The notes below the pieces were generated by a model. It saw nothing but the letters and a program-made list of their open reading frames with translations. It made no database searches and was not told where the DNA came from. Shown here one piece after another: positions 42,124 to 55,150 of a DNA stretch of 64,000 nucleotides (position 1 is its first letter; each line of letters starts with the position of its first letter). The stretch is taken from positions 55,328,723 through 55,392,722 of the forward strand of contig NC_068992.1 of assembly GCF_001194135.2 (NCBI RefSeq). The letters are read 5' to 3'. A program made the position numbers and the translations under genes. This stretch comes from Octopus bimaculoides (taxonomy: Eukaryota).

Positions 42124-42270
42124 GTGAAAGCGCATTCCGTAGTAGTGAGGGCGTTGCTCTTCCGACCGTAAAATCCTGGTTTGCCTTCCCCAACCGGTGG
42201 CACCTTGTGTTTTTAGGCCAAACAATTCATTTCTCATTGCTCCAGCCCACTCACATATAAATGGATGGAC
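42124..42270 (+). mobile_element. Diverged 5' portion of SINE family A
   Basis: gtgaaagcgc...ggccaaacaattcatttctcattgctccagcccactca. Confidence 0.6.
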
Positions 42271-42839
42271 TGATGATCCGTGAAGAGGGAAACGTTAGCA
42301 AACTTACCGAGCCAGCGCGGTGGCATCATTCGAAAGCTACATGAAAGTAAGCACATTGTGACCAGCGATTCTTATCAACACTGGATAGCCTCGCGGATAC
42401 AGTTGTATGTGTGTCTACATGTGTGTGTGTATGTGTGTATAAACTGTGTATAAAGCAGTGAGTTAAACGACAGACAGGAGAGGGTTTGACGCTGAAGTAC
42501 GAGAAAGAGAATATTGGAAAGTAAAGACTGTTTTCAGCTGAGAATTATTAGATATAAAAGAGAGATGACAGTTGAAGAATTGCAAAGGCTTGGAAAGGAT
42601 GTGCAAATCAAAATTGCTTTGTGTCACTGTAATTTTGGCGAGATGACACCATTTTGAATGACGTAATATGTCACATGGAAATGGAAAACGTGCAAATGTT
42701 CTCTTTTTTCTTTTCGTCTTTTGAATTGCAATTGGCAAGCGAAAGACAGATAGGAATGTACGGAACAGATTAAAGAATGGCTGATGGCAAATTTGTATTG
42801 CCAAATGCAAAACACTTGCACAAATATATATATATAGTT

Positions 42840-42878
<39 letters not shown>

Positions 42879-42888
42879 NNNNNNNNNN

Positions 42889-42923
<35 letters not shown>

Positions 42924-43142
42924 TACACGCGTGCACACACTCACTCACATATACACGTGTGTGTGAGAGTGAGTGGCTGTGTTATATATATATATATGTA
43001 TGAAACATATAAGCATCCCACTCTGTCTCATATTAATTCTACAAAATATTGAAATCCAATTTCTTTATTCGCTGCTATCAACAAGGCGCTGCTTGTGAAC
43101 CTTCGTTGTCACATTGAAATTGAATTTTCTTCCATATACATT

Positions 43143-43393
43143 GATTTCAAATTTTGGTCAGCAAGGTCATCGGAGGCGGTAAGTCGATTACATCGACCCA
43201 AGTGTTTGACTAGTACTTATTTTATCGAGCACCAAGATTAAAATGCAAATTAGACCACGGCAGAAATCTGAACTCAGAACATAAAGACAGACGAAATGCC
43301 GCTAGGCATTTTGCCCGCGTGCTCACGATTCTGCCAGCTCGCCATCTGACGACTTTAAGGCACATTATTAATATACATTCTCATTACAAATAT

Positions 43394-43442
<49 letters not shown>

Positions 43443-44253
43443 TTTTAAGCACAAGGCCAACAATTGTTATGGGTGGGTTTTAATGGGAGACATCGATCCT
43501 GGTAGTCAAGTGGTACAATTTTCAAGGAACCCGGAAGGATGGGTACTGAAATTGACCTTAGCAATATTTGAACTAAAGAAGTAATGAGCTGCAAGAAATC
43601 CCGCAATTCACTTTTCATGGCTATTCTAACGATTTCTTAGCAGTCTCCAATGATAATTATAATTCTTTCATTTATATGTACTAGGCCGAAAATCTTCGGA
43701 AAGGAGGTTAGCCGATTATATCACCGAATCCAATGCTCAGCTGGTACTTATTTTATGGACTCCGAGTGGATGAAAGGTTAAGTCGACCTCGGTGGAATTC
43801 GAACTCGGAATGGTTTTGTTTGGCATGCTAACGATTCTGTCAACTCGCTGCTTGAGATTAGGGAAGAGAGCTACTCGATTACATCGAACCCAGCTTTCGG
43901 CAGCCATTCCTCACGAAAGAATGAAAGGCAGAAACGACCTCGGAAAAATTTGAGCTCAGAACGTAAAGACGGACTAAGCATTTTGTCCGGCATGCTTAAG
44001 ATTCTGCCAGCTATCCGTCTTACAGGAGAAATAATAATTCTTTGTACTGTAAGCACAGGACTTGAAATTTAGGGCGTGAGGTATAATTAATTGCATCGAC
44101 ACCAGTACTAACCTGGTACTTAATTTATTGACCTCGAAAGGATGAAAAGCAGAGCCGACCTTGGCGGAATTTGAACTCAGAATGTAAGTACGGACAAAAT
44201 GCTGCTAACCATTTTGCCAGGCGTGCTAATGATTCTGTTAGCTCGCCGACTTC
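43143..44253 (-). mobile_element. Cluster of five co-oriented ~200-bp tRNA-derived SINE family B copies
   Basis: Repeated units gcacaaggcc..aaattt..gtcgattacatcgacc..gtacttattttatcga..gaaaggatgaaagg..gaatttgaactcagaac..gctaacgattctgccagctcgcc at ~43143, 43445, 43675, 43855 and 44045. Confidence 0.85.
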
Positions 44254-44681
44254 ACAAAGGAAATAATAATAAAAATAAAATGTAACAGTTTTGTTTATTA
44301 GTGATTGACAATAAGGAAATTAAATATTCCAGAACCTTTAATATAGAAATTAACTTTTTTGAACAGTACACAAAAGGATATGTCTGTTTGCTTGAGAAGC
44401 TTCTGAAATATCGACAAGAAAAAGACGAATATTACAACAAGCTCTTTTCAAATAATTGACAAGAGTACAGGTCTCTGAGAGAGGAAAGAGAAAAATATAA
44501 TTTAATACTTCGAAAGTTTATTGTACATGGTGAAGGAAGGAAGGAAGGATAAAAAAATTATAGATTTTGCTTTCAATCATCAACAATTTCGATTTCATAG
44601 TTGCTTCACTTCCCTTCCATAATAAATATCATCAGTAACGCTAATGATGTGTGTGCGTGTGAGTGTGTGTGTGTGTGTGTG

Positions 44682-44727
<46 letters not shown>

Positions 44728-45739
44728 NNNNNNNNNNNNNNNNNNNNNNNNNNNNNNNNNNNNNNNNNNNNNNNNNNNNNNNNNNNNNNNNNNNNNNNNN
44801 NNNNNNNNNNNNNNNNNNNNNNNNNNNNNNNNNNNNNNNNNNNNNNNNNNNNNNNNNNNNNNNNNNNNNNNNNNNNNNNNNNNNNNNNNNNNNNNNNNNN
44901 NNNNNNNNNNNNNNNNNNNNNNNNNNNNNNNNNNNNNNNNNNNNNNNNNNNNNNNNNNNNNNNNNNNNNNNNNNNNNNNNNNNNNNNNNNNNNNNNNNNN
45001 NNNNNNNNNNNNNNNNNNNNNNNNNNNNNNNNNNNNNNNNNNNNNNNNNNNNNNNNNNNNNNNNNNNNNNNNNNNNNNNNNNNNNNNNNNNNNNNNNNNN
45101 NNNNNNNNNNNNNNNNNNNNNNNNNNNNNNNNNNNNNNNNNNNNNNNNNNNNNNNNNNNNNNNNNNNNNNNNNNNNNNNNNNNNNNNNNNNNNNNNNNNN
45201 NNNNNNNNNNNNNNNNNNNNNNNNNNNNNNNNNNNNNNNNNNNNNNNNNNNNNNNNNNNNNNNNNNNNNNNNNNNNNNNNNNNNNNNNNNNNNNNNNNNN
45301 NNNNNNNNNNNNNNNNNNNNNNNNNNNNNNNNNNNNNNNNNNNNNNNNNNNNNNNNNNNNNNNNNNNNNNNNNNNNNNNNNNNNNNNNNNNNNNNNNNNN
45401 NNNNNNNNNNNNNNNNNNNNNNNNNNNNNNNNNNNNNNNNNNNNNNNNNNNNNNNNNNNNNNNNNNNNNNNNNNNNNNNNNNNNNNNNNNNNNNNNNNNN
45501 NNNNNNNNNNNNNNNNNNNNNNNNNNNNNNNNNNNNNNNNNNNNNNNNNNNNNNNNNNNNNNNNNNNNNNNNNNNNNNNNNNNNNNNNNNNNNNNNNNNN
45601 NNNNNNNNNNNNNNNNNNNNNNNNNNNNATTTAAAAAAAAAAACTCAACTATGTATCGACCGATTTCACAATTACCAGATTATCAGCTTCCTGATAAAAT
45701 TCTTGTGAAAGATTTTTATCCTATTTTGATTTTATTAAC

Positions 45740-45783
<44 letters not shown>

Positions 45784-46324
45784 AAAATAATATAAAATGC
45801 TAGACGCAAATTAATTGTCACTAAGTGTAACTAAGGGAGCCAAAGCACCTACACTGCTAGAAATAAGAGTTTAAAAATCCCTTAATTTCTGTACAAAGAG
45901 CGCACTATGTATACACTGACAAGGGTAGTTACCGCCCCATGACCTTCGAACTGCGTATATTATGAAAAGATGAGCAGTTATGGTAAATAAGTACTTCAGG
46001 TCGGCCGTATCGCATCCATGCTTGCTGTATCCTGACCCATTTGGAAATCGTATTGGGAAACACAAAACCTATAGTATGTTCGTGTTCCAAAGATAATGAA
46101 ATGTTACTTGACATAGATACTGTACGTTCTTTATTATCATCAGCAGTAAAATGCCAGGTCATACAAATGCATAAACACCACATCACACCAGGAGCGCACT
46201 TATATGCACTCCTTCACAATGACCTACAACTCGCGCGCACATACACAGTGACTTCCGTTGAGTTTCCTTTGGGGAAAATAGTTTCGGTTTATGAACTTTT
46301 CGGGTGACGAACGGCCTTCAGGAA

Positions 46325-46350
46325 CGAATTAATTTCGTAAACCGAAGTTC
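46325..46350 (-). mobile_element. Single pogo/Tigger-like terminal inverted repeat
   Basis: Minus strand TA|CAGTTGAACTTCGGTTTACGAA resembles Tigger-type termini; partner end not found. Confidence 0.35.
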
Positions 46351-46361
46351 AACTGTACGAG

Positions 46362-46397
<36 letters not shown>

Positions 46398-46410
46398 CGT
46401 GTGTGTATGT

Positions 46411-46462
<52 letters not shown>

Positions 46463-47099
46463 ATGAGTGTGTATGTATGTGTGTATATGCATTCTTATAT
46501 ACACACATATATAGATACATATTTATGTGTGTGTGAGCGTGTATATTTCCTGGTTTATTATTATTTTACGTGTAATTTTTATCCAAACAACCAGTTTTAC
46601 TTGTTAAAGATACTTATGATTTTCATAATAATTATGTTGTTATAATTTGATGATGCCATAATTAGCTGTCGTTGTCGATGTTGTTATAATTTCATAATTT
46701 CATAAATATATGTTGATATTAACAGGGTACTTAATGAATAAAAATAATTGTTATTAACTACAACACATAGAAGCAATAAGTAAAATATTCCTTTTCATCA
46801 ATTAAATTTTTTTTAATATTAGCACAAGGCCTGCAATTTTAAGAGATGAGTAGTCGATTATATCGACCTCAATACACAACTTGTATTTATTTTACTCACT
46901 CTGAAAGGATGAAAAGCAAAATCGACGTTACAATTAACCATTTAAAATTTTGTCACAAGGTCAGCAATTTGGGGGGCGGAGTTAAGACGATTGCATCGAC
47001 CCCAGTGAACAGCTGGTACTTCTTTTATTGACCCCGAAACGGTAAAAGACAAATTCGGCCTCGGCGGATTTAGAACTCAGAACATAAAGACGGACAAAA

Positions 47100-48570
47100 C
47101 GGGTTACTTGGTGAACACTGTCCAGTATTTTAGTGTTGGTGTTAATTCTGACACAAGATTCGGGGTGTGATGTATCTGAAAAGAGCCAAGATGCAGTCCA
47201 TCACAGGGACAGAATTACGAAATAGGGAAGTAATGAAACATTTAAAAAAGAAGTCTGTGTGTACCTTGGCATACTAGAGTTCAATGAAATCCTGGAGAAG
47301 TAAAATTAAAGAACAGCCAAAGAATTCCGATGAATTCCGAACGGCCAAGAAATTCTGATGAATACGAGTAGCGTTGCGCTCAGAATTGGCTAGATAGAAT
47401 AAAATACATTGACCGTAGCATCAATTTGGTATAGAGCTTGAACCATAAATTGGCAAAAGACCGAATTGATAAGCATGGATATGAAGAGAAATACATCATT
47501 AGCATTGTAGGGAGCATTCCATCCCAAGAGTGACACTGATTGGTTATACTTGTCAAGAAGAAAGGGTGAGAGAGGCTTGACCACTTGTCAGGATTGTGTT
47601 GAATCAGAGGGAAAACCGTTTATTGCGGTATGTAAAAATGCCGTGGAACCATTGTTGATGCAAGTGAAGAACTCTAGCATCATCAAAACCGATAATTGTG
47701 TTAAGAAAGAGAGATTTAATGAGTAAAAAAACAAAAACAAACAGTGGCATTGAAAGGGGAGGGACATACTGTGAGTTTCAAGAACTAGGAGCGCAAAGAT
47801 AGTTGCAGAATGCAGAGGAGTTAATGGAGAAGAGGAGTCACTTGGAGATAGAAACAGAAGCATTTATCAGCGCAGCAAAGGAACAAACTTTGAGGCCAAA
47901 CTATGTGAAGTACAGAATTGATAAAATTGTTGAGACTGAGAAATGCAGAATGTGTAGTGAGATCCGTGAAATAGTTGGCACATTTTTATTGGATGCCCGA
48001 AATTGATACAACGTGAATACAAAAGGCAACACGACAATGTGGCAAGTATAATCGGTTGGGAGATTTGTGGAAATTATGGCTTAGAAACATCAATCCCAGA
48101 AGGAGTTAATGAGAATGAGGACTGTAAAATCCTCTGGGATGCAATGATTCAATGTGACCATTAGATTGAACATCGTAAATCTGACATTGTTATGGTGAGG
48201 AAAAAAGGATAAAACATCCACAATAATCGACATATCATGACCCAGTGACAACAGTTTCGAAGATAAAGAGGAAGAAAGAGTGTACTGAATTGAATTGGGA
48301 AATACGCAGCTTGTGGGCAATGAAGAAAGCGGAGATGTTATTAATAGTAATTGGTGCACTTGAAACTAACAACATGACTCAAAACGATTAGAACAAATGT
48401 AATGATACAACACCTACAAAAATTATTGCTTGGACCTGCAAGATCTTTCCACAAGGCTCTTGAAATATGAGCAGTTAACAAATGTTACCTTAGTCTATTG
48501 GCTGTGAGCAGCTGACACTTCCCATCATACCCAGCAAAATACACTGATAATTTTCATGATAGAATAATAA
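47100..48570 (+). mobile_element. Decayed non-LTR retrotransposon with restriction-like endonuclease (R4/Dong-type), 3' ~1.5 kb
   Basis: FHPKSDTDWLYLSRRKGERGL (47517-47579), ETEAFISAAKEQTL, zinc-knuckle KCRMC, YKRQHDNVA, KILWDAMIQCDH, HRKSDIV (PD motif), IIDIS, IVIGAL; multiple stops and frameshifts. Confidence 0.85.
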
Positions 48571-48659
48571 ATTTAATAAAATGTAAATATAATTATGCAA
48601 ATTCAATTAACTAAAAACAGATTGAAACAAAATTAAATTAGTCGCAAGAATATTTTATA

Positions 48660-49045
48660 GCGCAAGCCTGGCTGAATGAAAAAGTGAGCTTCCCAACCAA
48701 GAGGTTTCGAGTTCAGTTCCTCTACATTGCACCTTGTACAAGTGTCTCCCACTCAAGCCTTGAGAGAGAGTGGGGTGAAGATATATGGACCCATAGATAT
48801 ATTGAATATACATATCTATGTCTGTGTATGTGTCAGGTGTTTGTGTTTGTCCCCACCAATGCTTGAAAACCCGATATTGGTTTGTTTATGTCCCCGTAAC
48901 TTAACGGTTTAGCAAGAGAGACTAATATAATACCGCTAGACCTTAAGATTTTTTATCGATTTGTTCGACTACATCCTTCATAAAAATACTCCAGCATGAC
49001 CGCTGTGCAATCACCTGAACCACTAATGAGAGAACCACTAATGAG
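48660..49045 (+). mobile_element. SINE family C
   Basis: cttcccaaccaagaggtttcgagttcagttcc...tttatgtccccgtaacttaacggtttagcaagagagac...ccagcatgaccgc. Confidence 0.7.
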
Positions 49046-49321
49046 AGAACCACTAATGAGAGAAAAGGAAGAAAGGTAAATGTTGGTTTCAAACTTTGTC
49101 ACGAGACCAGCAATTTTAGGGGTAATTGCAAGTCGACAACTTCGAACCACGTGCTCAGCCGATACCTATTTTATCGACCGCGAAACGACGGAAAACAAAG
49201 CTGACTCCGGCGACAATTGAACTCGGAACGTAATAGTCAGAACAAATGACGCTGAGCATTTCTTCCAGCTCGGGAACAGTTCTACCAGCTCCCCACCTTG
49301 AAAAAGGTAAATATTCACATT

Positions 49322-49702
49322 TACTCTTTTACTCTTTTACTTGTTTCAGTCATTTGACTGCGGCCATGCTGGAGCACCGCCTTTAGTCGAGCAAATCGAC
49401 CCCAGGACTTATTCTTTGGAAGCCTAGTACTTATTCTGTCGGTCTCTTTTGCCGAACCGCTAAGTNNNNNNNNNNNNNNNNNNNNNNNNNNNNNNNNNNN
49501 NNNNNNNNNNNNNNNNNNNNNNNNNNNNNNNNNNNNNNNNNNNNNNNNNNNNNNNNNNNNNNNNNNNNNNNNNNNNNNNNNNNNNNNNNNNNNNNNNNNN
49601 NNNNNNNNNNNNNNNNNNNNNNNNNNNNNNNNNNNNNNNNNNNNNNNNNNNNNNNNNNNNNNNNNNNNNNNNNNNNNNNNNNNNNNNNNNNNNNNNNNNN
49701 NN

Positions 49703-49744
<42 letters not shown>

Positions 49745-49850
49745 ACGACGGGCTTCTTTCAGTTTCCGTCTACCAAATCCGCTCACAAGCCTTTGGTCGG
49801 CCCGAGGCTATGTGGTTGGTAAGCAAGCTACTTACCACACAGCCTCTCCT
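49322..49850 (-). mobile_element. tRNA-derived SINE family C with internal microsatellite (centre lost in gap)
   Basis: Tail ttactcttttacttgtttcagtcatttgactgcggccatgctggagcaccgcc; head portion gacgggcttctttcagtttccgtctaccaaatcc...gtaagcaagctacttaccacacagcc; (TA)n and a gap between them. Confidence 0.85.
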
Positions 49851-49879
49851 GCATTGTCAATATTTTCACTGAATCTCAG

Positions 49880-50090
49880 GCGGTGAGATAACAGAATCGT
49901 TAGCAGGCCGGGTGATTCGCTAAGCGGCATTTCGACCATCTTTACTTTCAGAGTTTAAATTCCGCCGAGGTATACTATGCCTCTCATCCATTTGGAGTCG
50001 ATGAAATAAATGCTAGTTGGGTACTGGGGGTGATGAAATCGACTTACCCTCTCACCTGAAATTGCTAGCCTTGTGTCAAAATGTAAAATC
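49880..50090 (+). mobile_element. SINE family B
   Basis: ggcggtgagataacagaatcgttagc...gagtttaaattccgccgagg...ccttgtgtcaaaatgtaaa. Confidence 0.8.
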
Positions 50091-50508
50091 AGTAAATTCA
50101 CTGAATACTGTCTACTTATTTATTCACTATTGTTCAGACCTTTATTCTTAACATGCAAGCAAAGAACCACACAGAAAATATATATATGTTCAAGAGAAGA
50201 GGAATAGATTCCAAGACGATTGCTTTATTTTCTTCTAATGAAATCAAGTAGAAATTTAATCAATTAATATCATACTTAATGGAATTAACAACAATATTCA
50301 ACACGCAATGAGAAATGGTGTATAGTAGTATTAATGAAAATCGACAAGCAAACAGACATAAATTATATAACAAACCTATATATACGAAGCAATATTTATC
50401 TTTTGCCTCTGTCACTCAACGAAAACTACAAGCATTGCTTATGATTCAGCCAAAAGGATAGGCAAATCTACATACGAGAGAAATAACCACCCCCATAACC
50501 AGCAACAC

Positions 50509-50539
<31 letters not shown>

Positions 50540-50744
50540 TTCATTAACAATATCAACCTTGTCTTTCCCTCTTTCGGGCTCGATAAAATAAGTACAAACT
50601 TGAACACTGGGGTCGATGTAATTGACTTACGTCCTTCCCCCGGAATTGATGGCCTCGTACCAAAATTTGAAACATTTTTGTTGTTGTTGTTGCTGCTCTG
50701 CTGCTGCTTTTGCTGATGCTGCTGTTGCAGTTGATAGGGCGATG

Positions 50745-50960
50745 ATCTGCCGGAATCGTTAGAACGCAGGGCAAAATGCTTCGCAGTATTTTATCCGTCT
50801 TCATTTCCCGGGTTCAAAGTCAGCCGATGTCGACTTGCAGGATAAATATCCTTAAGGGGTAGATAAAATTAGTACCAGTCAAGCACTGGATTCGAGGTTC
50901 GTTGTAATCGACTTAACCCCTCCTCCGAACTTGCTGGCCTTGTGTCAAAATTTCAAAGTA
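50745..50960 (+). mobile_element. SINE family B (a further 3' half lies at 50570-50672)
   Basis: ggcgatgatctgccggaatcgttag...gtaatcgactta...gctggccttgtgtcaaaatttcaa, then (ATT)n. Confidence 0.75.
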
Positions 50961-50961
50961 C

Positions 50962-51003
<42 letters not shown>

Positions 51004-51032
51004 CATTATTATTATTATTATTATTATTAAAA

Positions 51033-51270
51033 GAAGAGTGCCATTTGTTATCTTGGGAACAATATTTCGACATCTCGCGTGTCTTCCACTGGTTCGAAAA
51101 ATAAATTTGTCAATCTACTTCATTGTGGTTAATATAGAAAGGATTGAGGTATTTTTCGAACCAGTGGAAGACACGCGAGATGTCGAAATATTGTTCCCAA
51201 GATAACAAATGGCACTCTTCATTTAATTTTGACTCTATATCGGAGGAGTTACCTCAATCCTTTCTATATT
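51033..51270. repeat. Interleaved perfect inverted repeats (71 bp and 21 bp) inside an (ATT)n tract
   Basis: 51033-51103 is the exact reverse complement of 51150-51220; 51131-51151 is the exact reverse complement of 51250-51270. Confidence 0.9.
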
Positions 51271-51315
51271 ATTATTATTATTATTATTATTATCATCATT
51301 ATTATTATTATTATT

Positions 51316-51785
51316 GAGTGAGAGAGCAGTGCATGCCACCAAAATGACACTGGTGTACAAATGGGTACCCATCATGATTACTCGTCCGATGAGGGTAAAC
51401 TAGGTACATCCATCACAATATGCACGACATGGTGAGCTCATATCAAGATAAACAGCGCATGATCTTGCAGGTGAGGCCCAGTTAGAATTTTCATCGGGTT
51501 CAGTTGCCCGTCCCACTGAAAAGGTTCCTGATTGAGGTTTGTTTAAAGATGTTAAACGAAACACCCATGTTTCCAAGGGTGAATTATTCAAACCCCAAAG
51601 GATTCCTCTCAACACATGACTATGATTCCCCACCCCCACTACTTCTGCGTGTGATCTGAGATACACATATCGTCTGCGACTAAGGGACATGCTCGACTGG
51701 TTATGGTCAAGCAACTGACAAGAAAATCTGTGGTATTGAGTAGAGTATTTGCTGTAGCTCATCTTTTATACCAAGACAAAACATG
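51316..51785 (-). mobile_element. (AAT)n-tailed retroposon family D, most complete copy
   Basis: (att)n-gagtgagagagcagtgcatgcc...catatcaagataaacagcgcatga...cttttataccaagacaaaaca; matches copies at 5262-5600, 5700-5935 and 53478-53597. Confidence 0.8.
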
Positions 51786-51849
51786 AACTCAGTTAAGATT
51801 ATTATTATTATTATTATTATTATGATTATTATTATTATTATTATTATTA

Positions 51850-51948
<99 letters not shown>

Positions 51949-53149
51949 TCCGAGAGTTTCAGCTGTTTCTGATCGAACTGTAATTATACCTCAACTATTT
52001 ATTAAAAAACAGTTTTCCACTCTTTCATTCAAGAATATTGATAAATTGATAAATATTGTCTGATTATTTCGGAATCCATCCTAATTCCTTCAGGTAGAAA
52101 ATAGCTTTCTTTGTATCGTTTTATTTACATGTATACATCTTTGCCTTGAGCCATTCACAATATTTATTCTTATTTCAAGATGGCAGCTTCAAATGAGATA
52201 TCGTAGGAAATTGTGTTCAGCACGGTGTTGGTAGCAATAGCCTCAGTTAATGTAAACAAACACGCCACTCAATTATTTTCAAACATGAAAACATACTTAA
52301 AATAAACAGACAATGTAAAAATTAAACAGACAGTTAGCTTCAAGCATAAATACCCATAGTTTCATGACGGAAAATACAAAATGGAATAATGTTCAAAACA
52401 TTACTTTCAGTGGAAAATGAAAAAAAGTCCATACTGTATAATTTTAAAAGTAAGCAAGCCATATCAATATCATTGTTTGTTCCGTAGCTGTGAATAAAAT
52501 AACCGATGAAGGCAGAGATTATTCAACTGAACTGTTACAAAAAGAAATTTATAGTACACTGGCAAAAAAATATCAAAATTGTGATTGATCATCTAAATGC
52601 AAAAGGTGGCAGGACTATCGAAATTACAGAACATATATGGCAATACATTGTGGTTACAAATGCTAATGAAGGTGTCGTTAGAATGATAAACTTCTGTACA
52701 CCAAACGATAAATAAAATGATATTAAAGTGAAACGTTTTTTTTTTTTACTGTCTCATAAAACAATGATGCATTCCAAATTAATCAGGCATATTTGTCAAT
52801 AGTGTAGAATGCGAGGATGGAAATGAGAAAACTTGTTTTATTAATTAAATAATTGATACCATCGTGATAATAAAACATTTTCTTAGAACTCTTGGATTAT
52901 TCTCTATTTATATTTAATCAAGTGAAGATTTTCCGAAATATTACCATAAAACAAACTATACAGGCTGATATATCATCTTTCCTATGTCTTCATATATTTG
53001 TATTACTTTACATATTTTGCCTAAATTTTCATTTGCATTGTTTAAAGCCTTTTTTTGTAATGTTTATATTCGATTTATAATGAATTTATATCAGAAAGGC
53101 CCACTTTATTGGAAATTAATGCCTAAAACAATAATAATAATAATTCTTT

Positions 53150-53357
53150 CTACAATAAGCACAAAGCCTGAAATCTTGTTGTTGGAGACTCGTCGATTAC
53201 ATTGACTCCAGGGCTCAACATGTTCTTATTTTATCGACCCGGAAAGAATAGAAGGCGAAGCTCGTCTCGGCGGAATTTGAACTCAGAACGTATAGACGGA
53301 CGCAATGCTGCTAAGCATTTTGCCCGATGTGCAAAGGATTCTGCCAGCCCGCTGCTT
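53150..53357 (-). mobile_element. SINE family B
   Basis: agcacaaagcctgaaatc...ggcggaatttgaactcagaacg...ttctgccagcccgctgctt. Confidence 0.8.
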
Positions 53358-53379
53358 TAATAATAATTATGATAATAAT

Positions 53380-53461
<82 letters not shown>

Positions 53462-53599
53462 GTAATAATATGCATCATAACCATATGTGCGCGACATAGT
53501 CATCTCATAACCTTGCAGGTGGGGCCCAGTTAGAATTTCTTCAGATCGAGTAGACCATCCGCTAAAAAGGTCCTTGAATAAGGATTATTTAAAGATGTT

Positions 53600-55150
53600 T
53601 GTAACTGAATGAGGAAATGAAATTGTATTGCTTGAAGCTTTTGATAATGTTGAAGACTCCAATAGTGTTTGGAAGAACGCAAAGAAAATATACGCCAATC
53701 TCACCAAGGATATTCTGAACAGAAGAAAGTTAATAAATGGAAATAGATTTCGGGGATCGAAATTTTGGAAAGTTATTGGGGAGCAAAAGTAAGATGCCCA
53801 GATTCTTAGAAGCTAGAGAAGGTTTAAAATGGACCTTAAAGTAAAAATAATCTCAAGAAAGGGTTGAAAACCTGTTTAAAGAAGAATAAAAAAAAAGTTT
53901 TCTGAAGTGAAAGCTGGTAATGTAGATAAATTTAGTTGATGCAGATTACACAATGAATGAGACAGAAAATCTTATGAGATATTTTATTGAGATTAAAAGC
54001 AAGGAAACTAATATCTTCTATAAGCATCTAAAGAGTATTTTATTACAGCCATGAAATGGATATTTAATGAGAGAAATGCTCTAAACTACAAGAGGAACTG
54101 GAAGTAAATGTACATGAAATACCTCTTGACGAAGTAACTAGAAGCAGTGAGCAATTAAAGAATGGATAGACTCCTAGATTAGATAGAACCTTCATGAAAA
54201 GAGGTAGGCCTTTATAGAAACTGAATATAATGAGATATCTAACAAGACAAATCAAGAAATATGAATGCTTATTAATCTATGATAATTGAATAGACTGGTA
54301 ATATATATGTATGCAAAAATAAAATTGAATACAACACTAGTAAAAAATATGTTAATGAGACTTCACAGATAACCAAAATAAAAGGGTTTTTTTTCTATTT
54401 ATTTTAGAGAAAAGATTGTTTTTACATTTTCCTATCATCGAAGAAAATTTTCCTTTAAGAGTCCATGCTGTGTCCCCAAAAAGTAAAACCGAAAATGTAC
54501 GCAGAAAAGAATTACAGCGCTAGTTTACCTAAAACTAACTAAGAAAAAACACAATCATTTGAACTCAACCAAATAGACGATTTATCATCAACAATATTAA
54601 CAATAAAAGCAACATTAATATACGTGTACATATCGTTTCGAGGGCAGACACTAGCAACTAAAAGACAGACATTTGTTAATACTTTGTCTAAAGGAAAACT
54701 CTTGACATGAAGCACTTTCCAAAGAGATCGAACAGTTGGAGCTATTTTGTGCATCGAACTGGGGCTAGCTTTTTTAGAAATAATTGCAGAGACCTGTGAG
54801 ATCACGATTCTCTGTAATTTGTTCAGGGGAGCTAGAGACAATGACGTATCTCTGTTTCTTTTAAGAAACAATCAGATTTCTTATCCAATGTAAACATGAA
54901 TTATATACATCTCTGGAAGATATTCCATGTTAAACATCCTTCTTTTGTAAAAGGAGGACATATGGCACGACACAGACCCAAATACGCTGTACACCTGCCC
55001 ATGAGGAGAAATACAAGTGTAAAGTATATGGAAGACAGCTCCTTAATAATTATCTTCGTGGCATAATACGAGCAGTGATAAGCAAACTTGGTGATATGCG
55101 GCCGAATGGTGTAGCCCTGGACATACAAGTTATCCATAGACATGGTCATA
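53600..55150 (+). mobile_element. Highly decayed RTE-type LINE ORF2 remnant
   Basis: EIPLDEVTRSSEQLKNG*TPRLD (cf. EV..AIK.LKNGKAPG.D) near 54115-54185; ELY..L..I...RR and GHMARH near 54900-54975; many stops. Confidence 0.55.

Noticed and set aside
42270-42300. CTGATGA...GAAACGT hammerhead-like string
   Set aside because: Stem II has at most 2 bp and stem I does not pair.
43143-44253. Regularly spaced repeats resembling a CRISPR array
   Set aside because: Units are ~200-bp diverged SINEs in eukaryotic DNA; no cas genes or constant repeat-spacer structure.
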